Positions 13,593-29,985 of a DNA stretch of 60,297 bases are shown here, one piece after another (position 1 is the stretch's first letter; each line of letters opens with the position of its first letter). The notes under the pieces were generated by a model. That model was not told the origin of the DNA. It worked only from the letters and a program-made list of their open reading frames with translations, and ran no database searches. The stretch covers positions 1-60,297 of the forward strand of contig CALSCP010002085.1 of the NCBI GenBank assembly GCA_943704425.1. Reading direction: 5' to 3'. The stretch comes from Ministeria vibrans ATCC 50519. Lineage: Eukaryota; Protista; Filasterea. A program made the translations under genes and the position numbers.

Positions 13593-14701
13593 TGAGTGTG
13601 TGTGTGTGTGTGTGAGTGAGTGTGTGTGTGAGTGAGGGAGTGAGTGTGTGTGTGTTTTGGGGAGTGAGAGAAAGAGCCAGATCTGACTCTTTTTTGTTAG
13701 ATTTGCGATGAGACGGGAAATGTCGAGTTGTTGGATGAGAGTGGGACATACATTCGAATGGCACGCACAGATGAAAATGATCCAATGGGAACACTGCAGC
13801 GGGAGCGGAGATTGCGCAGGAGAAGACGGAAAGCACAGCGACAGAGAAGTGAGCTGGTGATTCGAGAGGAAGAAGATGAAGAGCGGATTGTGACAGAGTC
13901 ACGTTTTGTGGAAGGAACTCAGAGTGGAGTGACAGGAAAACGAAGCGAGGAAGGAAGAGAGGAAGAAGAAGAAGAAGAAGAGGAGGAGGAGGAAGTGGAA
14001 GAGGAAGAGGAAGAGAGTGTGCGGGTGTTGGGGTGTACATTATGGCCCAGAGTCGATGATCCGGATACTGTGAGTGTTGTCGAGAAGGCTAATCACATCT
14101 ACACCTGTTTTGTGCGCGAGGGCGCTTGTCGTCGCAAATTGACGGTATAGAATTCATCCCAGTCTCATTTGTTCTTTCTCTCTGCCGTTTTGTTCTCTAT
14201 GAATTGTTGTTTTTCTCTCTATCTCTCTATCTGTTCTTGTTGTTCTCTCTTTCTCACACGCTCCCGCACACTTTGGTTTTTCATTCTCAGGTGGCAGACA
14301 CCAATGCGATGCACGACCGCACTGTCGCGTGGCTTGAGCGTGAGATTGACGAAGCGCGTGAGCATCATCAGCGTGTGATTGTGCTCTCTCACTTCCCGCC
14401 CGTCTCGGGTGTCGGTGAACGCGATGCCAGTCTTGATGATATGCCAGACAACCCCAGAAACCGTACGATACATCATGTTACGAGTGATTGTTATAATAAG
14501 AATTTTCACACTAATTGGAATCACATCACCACAGACCTCCCTCACCTGGCCATTTCGCCCGTCTCTACATGGGCACACGGTAACACCCGCTGGTTCAACG
14601 ACGTCACTCTTCCCTCCACCACTCGTATCGTCACCAACCCCCGTGGCTACCCCATGGAGTCCAGTCTCGTTCTCTTCCGTCACAGTTTTGTCATCGAGTG
14701 A
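11853..14701 (+). CDS. Ankyrin-repeat / calcineurin-like metallophosphoesterase fusion protein
   Basis: Several GxTPLH ankyrin repeats, then IAIASDLHIDF, LLGDTG, MGPCEYY, VLGCTLW, VLSHFPP, WAHGNT, IVTNPRGY. Introns at about 13365-13700 and 14145-14290. Confidence 0.85.
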
Positions 14702-14769
14702 CGCCCCAACTTCTTTCTCTATATATAACACCTCTCAGCCTTTTTTTTATGTAAACTGCCAATGTTTTT

Positions 14770-16360
14770 TCAATCAATCTTCTTAGCGCGAGTCCTGGAG
14801 ATAGGAGACGCAGGAGGGGAGCCGGCGACGTCGTCCTCGCTGTCGTTGCGCGCGAGTGCAGACGCTGCTGCGGCCACCTTTGCATCCTTCTTCTGTTGGC
14901 GCAGAGTTGTCATGGTAACGTGGTAGTTGCCAACCACCTTGTCGCAGAAGTACCATGCGTTGAGGACGTGCAAGGAGCAGCCAAACACGGTCAGCCAGAA
15001 CTGGAACTCACTAAAGTGTCAAGAGAATGAGTGAGTGTGCGTAATGAGCTTAGCGTGTGTGTGCGTAATGAGCTTAGCGTGTGTGTGCTATTGTGTGCGT
15101 GTGCTTCGTGTGTACCTTCCGACGTGCGTTCCGCGCACATAGTTGAGCAGCACAATGTACATCGTCAGGTACATCAGAGGGTATCGAAGCTACCACACAT
15201 ACGGTTTCATAATCGCACGGTTATTTTTATATAGTCTTTAGTGTTCTTACGACCAAGTTGAGAAGTCGGTTGATTTTCTTCTCCGTGAGTTTCTCAATGA
15301 CACCAAACTTAACCAGAGCCAACAGACCATAGTCAATTCCGCCCGGGAGACCACACTGTGTGAAGCAGAGAAGCACAGTTAACACATACACACACACCAA
15401 TGTATTCTTCAAGTGGATACCATCATGAGATTGCACAGGTTGAGCAGCACACCGGCGAAACTGCCAACGCCCACCGCCACCGCAACTCCTGTGCGTCAAT
15501 TATTCCATTGTGAGACGCGCGCACTGTGTGTTTGCGAGTGTGTTTTTGAGAGCGCGTACCGGTGTTAATGATGTGGTGCCAGATGTCCTCGGACGTGAGC
15601 GGGTAAGCAAGAGCGTGGTACACTACGTCGCGGCAGTCTCAGTTACTTGGCCGGCTCTCTAATGTTGGGGTCTTACGGTGGAATCCGGCAATGACCACAG
15701 TGGTTGTGTGGCCAATGTTGTCGCAGGTCTCCTTGAAGACGTGGAGCGGGTTCGCGAGGGTCTTAAGGGCGCCGGGAAACGTGAGGAACACAATGACTAG
15801 AGGTTGAAAGAGAGGGAAAGTCAGTGCGAGTGAGTAGAGCTCTGAGATGGCTGGGTGCGCATGGAGAGGATGATGACAAGACTCAAGAGAGATGGTGGGA
15901 GAGTGGGAGCGTCACACGAGGCGAGGATGAGGAGGGTTGTTTGGTAAGGGCAAGAAAATGAAGTGTGGAGCTCTTGAGCTGATTAACGCAAGCATACGAA
16001 CTCGCTCGTGCCAGTTTCGCGTGCAGAGTACGGCCAGCGGGGTTATTGAAGCGGGGATGGGGCGAGGCGGAGCGAGGAGAACGGGGATCGCATATAGGCC
16101 AACATCACGTGAAGGCGGTTGACTTGATCACTCGTACGGAAATTGAAGAGCGTATGGAGGGTGAACCAGCGGCCGTTGTGGCCGCCACTCTTAGGCAAGA
16201 TGAGCTTCAACAGGTTATCGAAGACGGAAGCGACAAGGACAGTCAGGAGGATCCAGGCGGCACTGGCGGCTGCCAGGTTTGTGAACGACGTCGGCACAAA
16301 CGGGTTGGTGAAGGGGTCGTATGAATGCCACGTGGCAATGGCGTCGTTGATGTGCTCCAT
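14770..16360 (-). CDS. TLC-domain-like multi-pass membrane protein
   Basis: RWFTLHTLFN, YHALAYPLTSEDIWHHI, CGLPGGIDYGLLALVKFG, EKKINRLLNLVVR, LHVLNAWYF spread over about 6 exons. Confidence 0.72.
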
Positions 16361-16617
16361 GGTGTGTGTGCGGGGGAGGGGGGAAGAAAACAAACAACGG
16401 GAGTGTTTGTCGTTTGATCACTTTGATTTAATATGTTAGTCATCAAAGGACAAAATCCAATTCTTAAGGTGCGCCTCCAAGCACATTAAATGGCACATTG
16501 ACACGCTCACAGCACATCATCTCATTTCAAAACACCCATATGAATCGAATTAATATTAACAAGTAGTTGTAAATTGTGAAACATAAAAAAATATAATGTA
16601 ATATTATGTTGTTTGGT

Positions 16618-18884
16618 TTAGAGCTCATCACGATCGTCACGCCCGTCATCCTGTTCTACCTCGTCTTCCCCATCCTCCCACGCACGATCAAAATCACTAA
16701 AGAGATCATCGGAATCCATCTCCTGTCGCTTCCTATCGCCATCCTCCTCCATTTCCTCATCTTGTCCATCGTTACTTCCTGCATCTTCTTGTCCCTCTTC
16801 GCTCTGTTCCTCTCCCATCTCAAGCACTTCCGTAGCAAACAGTGGACGCAAAAAGGGCGCAAGAACACGCCCTTTGGTCTCCATATCATCTGCATCGTGG
16901 TCGTCACTGTCATCGCCATTCAACGCCAAAGAGTACCTTGACCACAGCTCATAAATTCACATACACACAGAAGCAAAAATGGACTTACTGCTCATTCGCC
17001 TTCGAGTCATACAAACTGGTATAGTAACCGAGTACTTGAAACTCGGGAGTAGCGTCGCGAAAGAGATTACGAGGAGAGTCTCGGAGGGCCCGATAGTGCA
17101 ATTGGGTAGACGGGACAGTCGCAGGAACATCCAGAGTACCCCACAGCTTCTTTTCGTACTCTTTGAGAGCGGCAAAGAGCTGCTCGCCTTCTGCCAGTGC
17201 GTTTTGAACACGTGAGCGGAACGCTTGTTGTTCAACCTGAGTTTTGAGAGCAAGATATTAGAGTGAAACATTGTATGAGCGCGACAAAGAGTAGTGAGAG
17301 TGAGTGGAGCTACAGTGAGACATAAAGAGCGAGTTGCAATTGAGTGTGTGATTTACTCTTCCGACGTGACGTGAGTCCAATCCAGTTGCAACCATTTCGT
17401 AGATGATGAGTTGCCAAACAAACAACAACTTCTCTTTAGGCAAAATCGGTTGGTCAGGAGTAACAGTTTGTTGGACCATTTCACCAAGGTCAACTTGGTT
17501 CTACAGGAACAGTGTCCCAGATAGGGTTAGAGTAAGAGATAAACTGTGTCATTGGAGTATATTTTGTCATCGGGGTTATGGTAAGGGTTACACTTTGTCA
17601 TTACGGTAAGGGATATTTTGTGAACAAGGTTAGAGTATGGATCAAAATTAAGATGTCGCCTCACCTCCATGAAGGTGTACACGTAGAGATTCTTCTTGAA
17701 CGTCTGCGGATCCTCAAAGCCCATTGTGTGCAGTCCTCCGGGAGTTCCATCGAACATCCAGGCAAAGTCAGCCGTCGAAAAGGTCCGGTTGACATGGGAC
17801 ACTGGGACCTGTGTGAGGGCCTCAGGACACGCCACTGCGTCCGTCCCCCACGGCACATACACGTCACGTGTCATTGTCTTGCCCCCAAACAATGCAGTCG
17901 CTGCAATATTCAGTGTCTAACGCAACACACAGAGTCAGAGTCAAGACACAGTCACAAAGAGTGGTAATATCGGTACGGGCATTGAGCGCACTTGGTGAAG
18001 ATACGAACCCGGAACAAACAGACAGTCTCCAGGGACCATCCGCACACGCTGAAACTCAACCTATCACAAACACATAAAAATTTATTATTATCGTCATAGA
18101 GAGGCATAATTATAATGGATACCTTTGCAAAGTTTGGGAATTTTACAAGATCAACCCGTTCGGGATCAACAAGAGAGAATCCACTTGTAGCCAGCTCAGG
18201 CGGCTCTGGTTCCTCTCCCATTGGTATCAGTCCAATCTGGTTCGGGTGGATCATCAACCTTTCGAATGATATGCGTAAGCAGTCGGGACAATTTTTTGGC
18301 TTTTCTTTTTCGTATACCAATCCTTTTCACCGACTATTTGACAGTTTACAGTGTTGTATGCATCCTTGTGAAGGGTGGACGAGGTATTGCCACTGCTGAC
18401 CCATAGATTGGGCTCAATGAGATTGTGTGCACCCGAACCGCACGCAAGCACATCGGGCATAAACACATCGTCGCCCATGGGTGTGGGAAGCTAATAGTAC
18501 GAAACCAATGTTGAGAACAAAGAATGTATTTTGTAGGAGGAGAAAAAACAAGGGCTCATACTTGGGAAATGATGTAGGAGTCGTGGGGGAACCATTGTTT
18601 GAAGAAGCGACTCAGAATGTCCTTCTCCGGACCGTTCTTGCCAATGGATTTCTTTTCAAACTTGGCCTCCATCTTCACTTCTAGGTTGGGGTACTTCTCT
18701 TCGAGCGAGGCTGCGGTCCAGTCGGTGAGTGCTGGAGCGTGTTTCTACAGCAGCAGTCGGAGAATGGGTCAACAAGCTGAGCGAATGCGTCTCTCGCCCC
18801 TTCACCCGTACAATGGCCTCGCGGATCACAACGGGCACAGTCTTCTCCACATGGTCTTTCCAGAACATCTCTACGCAAAAACTG

Positions 18885-18935
<51 letters not shown>

Positions 18936-19290
18936 GCTTTCGAACTGGTTGTGGCGAATGCAGCACGCCAGCGTGAATACAGAGCGCGGGTCGGAGGAAG
19001 AGTGGTGTGTGAAGGAAGGTCGCAGGGAGGAGGAGGCCGCGGTGCAGGCACACGGGGCGGTGTGGACGGGAGAAGAGGGAAAAGGGGAACTTGCAATTGA
19101 AAAGACTCGCACTTGCGCTACCTGGGGTGAGTTCCGAGTAGTGGACACTCAGGATAGACCCCGGATCGCCATGGAGACCCATATGCTGCAGGTGGCCGCG
19201 CGGGGGTGCCCTGCTTGTCCTGCTAGTCGCTGCTGACGTAGCGGCGATCAAGAGCGTCAAAAGAACCGCAGTCGCCGTCGACCGAATCAT
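16618..19290 (-). CDS. JmjC/cupin_8 2-oxoglutarate oxygenase with signal peptide and C-terminal RDEL
   Basis: PVVIREAI, NLWVSSGNTSSTLHKDAYNTVNCQIVGEKDW, PGDCLFVPGSYLHQVRS (HxD...H); acidic tail ending RDEL. Confidence 0.88.
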
Positions 19291-19549
19291 GCTGAAGGAA
19301 GGACGAGGGGCAGCGGTCTGTGGCACGAAGGGGTAAACGTAAGGAAATCAAACAGTGTATGAAAACTGAGTGTGTGTGTGCGAAACAACTGAAAATTTTC
19401 TGAAAATTTTGATCTATAATTCTTATAGGAGGAGCTAGCTCGAGAAAGAAGTCAACAAAGTTCACACAAAGAATGACGACGAACAATCGGTCAAAGGGTC
19501 AAAGAGATTGTGATTACTATGCAAAGACATGGTTCCCTCTTTGTTACAA

Positions 19550-21237
<1,688 letters not shown>

Positions 21238-21465
21238 GGGGGAGTCGGTCACGGAGCAGTGGTGTGGGAGGGGGAAGGGCGCGGGAGATGAGAGAAGTTG
21301 CCTGAGGCAGAGACGAGATCAGAAGAAAAAGAATGTTTTGAAATTTGATCGAAATTCGAACACATTTTACTCATTATTTTCACAACATAACACCAAAATA
21401 AATCACAAATTCAGCGATTTATCATTTAAGTTTTCACTGTTCGCAATTTCTGCGCTTTTTGCACA

Positions 21466-24362
21466 ATGCACTTTCGCGTGAAGCCCGGCCATGAGATTGT
21501 CGAGAATGGCTCCAAGTTTGTCGTACGTCGGCGAGAAAACGCCAAAACGGTCACACTGTGCTCACAGCTGCGCTTTTCAGGTCTACGACGTGCTCTGTAA
21601 CGGCGTGTTCCACGGGGCAATCCGCTACAGCACCTTCTTTCAGCTCTGGGAGGCGGTACGCTTTCGCTCTGTTACATTTTTCAGCCGTTCTCTTCCTTCC
21701 AAGGGCATTCAGTATGCGCCTGTTGCCCTACACCCATCTCCCAAGCAACATCTTTCTGATTGCGAGTGCTGCCTGCAGCGGCATGCCCTGCGTGTTGTCT
21801 TTTGTTATCATCCCACACGTTTGCGAAACACCCTTTTGTGTTTTTCCATCGTCTGCACAAGACACACGACTTGCTCACGCGTCCAGCGGTGAGCGTACGC
21901 ATCCCCTGTTTATTGATTGCTGCTATCCAACCACTGTGGGCGGCGGTGTCCCCACACAGGAGAATGAGCGAATGTCTCTGAAAATGTCTCTCTCTCTCTC
22001 TCTCTCTCACTCTCTCTCACACACACTCTCTCTCACACACACCCTCCGTAGCTCAAAGACGCTTATCCCGGCGTCAAATTCCCCCCTTTCCCTCCGAAGA
22101 AGTTCAAGTACAAGGCACTCAGCGCTGCAGATCTGGACAACCGCACTTCACTGCTCGATCGCTTTTTCGCTCGAAGTACGAGACAAGTGAACAACCGTAA
22201 AAATTATTTATGTTTGTGTTCACTTTTTTCATTTTTTAGTTGGTGAAAATTTTGCCCTTCAACAGTCGGAGCTCTTTCAAAAGTTTCTTTTGAGCACGAC
22301 AAAGGTATATGGATGCGCAAATAGTTGAAACTGCGTGTGAGTCTGAACATTTATTTTTCTAGGAGCTGAGAGAGAAAGCAGTCAAGGAAATAGTTCCGAT
22401 CTGCGTCAGTGACGAACTCACTATTGATCTGGAGCTGTCATCGCATGAGCTCAAAGTGGGAGCAATGAAGGTATAGCACTTAAGTGTGAGAGGGAGTAAG
22501 AGAGAGAAGAAGAAGAAAGCGACCGAATGTGTGTTTTTTTGTAGAAATTGGCTGAGATCACCAAGGCCAATGAAGAGTTTTTGCAGCGCTTCTTTATGTT
22601 TGTTGTGGCAGAGAAGCAAGGCGAGCGCAAGATTTGTAAGAAAAAGCAGAGAACAAACTGTCTTTGTGAAAAAGTGTAACCATGAGAATCGTCTCATCCT
22701 ATTGATCGTTCTTAGACACGCGTGTTCTCTCTGACCATGAATCACCCTACATTGCGCGTTTGCGGGCCAACTCAGGTGACTCAGTGCCTCTCTCAGGCGA
22801 TGCGCGTAATGTCATTGTGCTACGGTGCAAATTGTTTGACGACGATGCAGTCAGAGAGATGCTCTCGTGTGACGGAACTGCTCGTTTGCTCTATCATATT
22901 GTACGTTTGCTGAGTCGGAGAGAGAGGGAGAGAGAGAAAAAAAAAAGACCGCGAGAGACAGACAGACAGGCACAGAACTACAACGGACTCTGTGTGTTTG
23001 TCTTTGTAGATTCTTCAAGACATTACGTACAAATGGGTGAAACCGCAAGAGAACATTCGCACTGCTCTGCGCAACTACAGAAAGGCTCAAGACTACAAAA
23101 ACGTAAGAGACTCGATCGAAAGAATCAAAAATGACCTACTTTGACTGATAACACGTATACTGATACTGATACCACACACAATGTGACACATAGTTTGTGC
23201 TGACGTCCCTATCGACAAAAGGAGGATTGGGGCGAGTGGTGTTTGAGGAGTGTGCTGCCTCGATTCCGCGCGAAGGGAACACTGTGCGTGCGTCTCTCAG
23301 TGTTGCTGGTGTGTCAATGACTGTTTTGCGTGATCAGACGGTATGGGGGTAGAGGGAAACACAAGTTGTACTTTTTTTTTTTTTTTTTTTTTGGGGGGGG
23401 GGGGTCTTTGACTTTGTGTATCTGTTCTTTGTCTGTTCGTGTGGTTGTCCGTGTCATTCCGTTGAGTGTTTATGCTCTCTTTCTGCCTCTGTCATCCATT
23501 GTCTGCCCGTCTCTTACACTCCTCTTTGTACACACACGCTCTTGTTATCTGCGTTGCACAGGAGGAAGTGTTTGACGCAGTGCGAATCCGGTGCTGGAAA
23601 CTCGTGAACGAAGAGGACGGCTCAATGTCGTTCAACTTCGACTATCTGCACTCGCAGCGGGAACTGACATGGGTTGTGCTGCGGAGCGCACGCCAGAGTG
23701 TGTATATGGCGAATATGATGCAGACGGTAGTGGAGGAGATTCTGCGGAGTCGGGTGCGGGCGAAGCAGCTGAAGGACAAGGCGGAAGGAGGGGAGGGGGC
23801 GGGCGAAGGAGGGGAGAAGAGCGATGCGGAGGTGGCGAGTTCGGTGGTGGGCCCGAAGAAGCGGATATTTGTGACAGAGCAGGAAGGGAAGCGGGTGTTG
23901 ACGACGACAGAGGTGCAACAGGTGAAGCACACGCCGCTGAGCAAGAGCAGTGTCGATGGCAGTGAGGTTATTACGCCTGTGGGACGCTCAGCCTCAGTGG
24001 GAGGGGGAGGGGGAGGAGGGGATCCACTGACGGGCACGAGTGATCCCTTGGGTGCTAGTGGTAGTGGCGGTGGCGGTGGTGGGAGCAGTGGCGGCGGGAA
24101 GGAGAGCAAATTGCAGGTCAAGAGGGCCTATTCGAGCGATGGCTCAGGTGGCACCCAGGTAACGACTCTGCAGATGCACCACACACTTTGTACGCGCTCG
24201 ACGCACACTCATTATTTGTTTGACTAGATTTCGTCGTCGAAGAAGAGTGGACTGGCGGCGGTGAAGGAGGCAGTGAAGGACAAGGTGCTGAACAAGAGCC
24301 AGGGCAACAGCAACAGCGACAATCCCATGTTTGCCTATGGAGTGGACGATGATGATCTCTGA
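21466..24362 (+). CDS. SNX17: Sorting nexin-17-like PX-FERM protein
   Basis: MHFRVK...VYDVLCNGVFHGAIRYS, FPPFPPKK (PX); FERM-like exons (RIRCWKL, FDYL...WVVL); C-terminus MFAYGVDDDDL. Confidence 0.87.
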
Positions 24363-24455
24363 TGCAAACCCCATCTTTTATATTGATGACTATCTTTCTT
24401 GTCTGTCTTTCTCTGTTACATAATGATTGCGACATGGTGCGTGGCGTGAGGAAGC

Positions 24456-25098
24456 CTATTCACCTTCCGTCTCGTCTTTGAGACTGACTCCATCCGCCGG
24501 TTGCGCCAAAAGCGCTCTGTCTCGTTCGATTTCCCTTGCCCGCTCGCGTTCTCGTGCTGCCATTTCATTCTCGACTTCTTGACGCAGCTTGTCGGCGCGC
24601 TTCAGCATGCGTTGGCTTCGTTCGCGAGTGTGGTACATCTCCTTGCGAATGTCTATACACTCCGGTTAGAATGTACACTCAATTTGGCGCTTCAGCTCGT
24701 ACTCGACAGCTTCCCCTGGTACATGCCAATCTTGCTCATGGTGGCAGACACAGCCTGAAGCGCCTGCAGCATCTCCAGTGCCTCGCGTTCTTTGCGGATT
24801 GACGCCAAAAGTGTTTCCTGACTTTCACTATGATTTTTTTTTTTTTTTTTTTTTTTTNNNNNNNNNNCCGCCAACTCACCGATCCACCTTGTCTGGCGGC
24901 GTGTGTTGTGGAGTGATAGAGAGAGTAAATGGCGACGTACTGCAGCCCGGAGAGTTGTCCGAGGATAGGATCAACCTGTTGGAAGAGCGCGTCGACCGTT
25001 CCCTTGGCGAGAAGGGCTGTAGGACGCAACGGCGCGTCTGGAGCGGCTGCAGCGGCCGCCGGTGCCGCAGCGGCGCTGGGAGGGGCGTCGTCGCTCAT
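24456..25098 (-). CDS. BLOC1S6: BLOC-1 subunit pallidin (Snapin/Pallidin family)
   Basis: Spliced YQGKLSNIRKEMYHTRERSQRMLKRADKLRQE...EREREIERDRALLAQPA matches the pallidin C-terminal pattern. Confidence 0.8.
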
Positions 25099-25272
25099 CG
25101 CAATGGAACAAGTGTTGAGAGCGAGTACAAAATATATTATATTATTAATTATTTTATTTTTGAGTACAGTAGTGACTTGATCATTGTTGAGTTATTCGAG
25201 ATCAATTTTTGACTTTTTGACTTTTGTTGATCAATCTTTTAAGTGTTGTTTATACACAAGTGAGTAAAAACC

Positions 25273-25986
25273 ATGTCGAACGAAGCGCTCTTCTTCCCGA
25301 TCGCCAAGCTGCCGTGCCGGTTCTTCCAGCAACACGGCCGATGCAAAAATGGCGATGACTGTCGCTACTCGCACCAGCCCACGGCACTGACGCGGCTCAT
25401 CGACGTGCTCAAGTCGGCCAAGAAGACCCTTGATGTGTGCGTCTTCACCATCTCGCTCGATGAGGTTTGTTTGATGTTATTTCGTTTTGGTTATAGTTTT
25501 TCACACCTCTTTTGACTCTTTCGCTCACACAGATTGCCGACACGATCATCGACCTGCACAAGGCTGGCGTCAAGGTTCGCGTCATTGGCGACGATGAGAA
25601 GAGTAAGACAGCGGGCAAGTTTGTCGATCAGTGCTCAACAAGGACTCATTGTCTCTGTTACAGTGGCGGACAGAGGCAACGACATGAACCGCATGAAAGA
25701 AGCGGGTCTCACCGTCACCGACGACAAGTCTGAGTTCCACATGCATCACAAGTTTGCCATTGTGGACGGGACGACTCTCATCAATGGATCGCTCAATTGG
25801 ACGCGTCAAGGTACGAACGACCAGTGAGAGAGTGAGAGAGAGAGACAAAGAAAGGTAAACAATGCCAGTGTGTGCGTAGGAGTGCTTCACAACCGAGAGA
25901 ATGTGGTCATTTCCACCGACAAGGCACTTGTAGGACACTTTGTGAAGGAGTTCAACGAGATGTTCTCGTCGTTCACAAGCAAGTAA
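25273..25986 (+). CDS. PLD6: PLD6/Zucchini/MitoPLD-like single-HKD phospholipase/nuclease with CCCH finger
   Basis: ALFFP, SAKKTLDVCVFT, HMHHKFAIVDGTTLINGSLNWTRQG, NRENVV; four exons. Confidence 0.88.
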
Positions 25987-26410
25987 AGCAACGTGAGATT
26001 TTGTGGAGGACAATATTTCCTAGTGATTGTGATACATTGGTGCATAGGGTGACATTCAAAATATATGTGTTGCTCTCATGAGAAGAGGCATATGAATTGA
26101 GTCCATCTGTTCATGTGAGTCTGGGCTGCACAAAACTCGACAAAGGTGAAGAAGCGCGGAAAAGGAGGAATGGAGCCAAGGCTGTCTTCCCCCTGCGACT
26201 CGGGATTGATTCCAAGCGTCTCATTGTTTCTCTCGAACATACATCAAGTGAGGACCGGGGTTTGAGTTGCGACTCACTTGAAAGTTGCGAGTGTCACACT
26301 TTAGAAAGTTCCAGTTTATTCACAGTTGAAGTGACTCGAAACTTTCACTCATAAATGAGTAACACAATATTTATTATATTATCAGAATATCACTCAATCA
26401 CAAAATTTGA

Positions 26411-29563
<3,153 letters not shown>

Positions 29564-29790
29564 ACTTTTCGACTTATTGACAGATTTCATTCTCATCCAC
29601 TTCTCATCTTATCATAATTAAGTGATTGTAGTCAAATAAGGTCCCAACCGGCATGAATGGTACACATTGGAGAGCATGACTGGATGACCGGGAGAGCTGG
29701 TGGACGATTCACAGAAATGAGCGATGAGTTAGGTGTGAGTTAGGCTGATGAATAATTAATATTATCCTATCATTTATTTTACTGCAAACT

Positions 29791-29909
29791 ATGCTCCGTC
29801 TTGCTGCCACTGCTCCGTGGCGTGCACGCTCGTGTGTAGCACGACTAGCGTCCACCAATCTGCGCGATGCAGCCCCCAAAGGACATCGTTCCACTCGCGT
29901 ACGTTTGGA

Positions 29910-29985
<76 letters not shown>

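Noticed and set aside
13300-14040. ORFs with poly-SL, RE or HT runs throughout the window
   Set aside because: They are translations of intronic (CT/GA/CA)n microsatellites.
26255-26281. 3' arm of a 9-bp stem (TCAAGTGAG/CTCACTTGA) upstream of D2HGDH
   Set aside because: An isolated hairpin with no tRNA or snRNA motifs.
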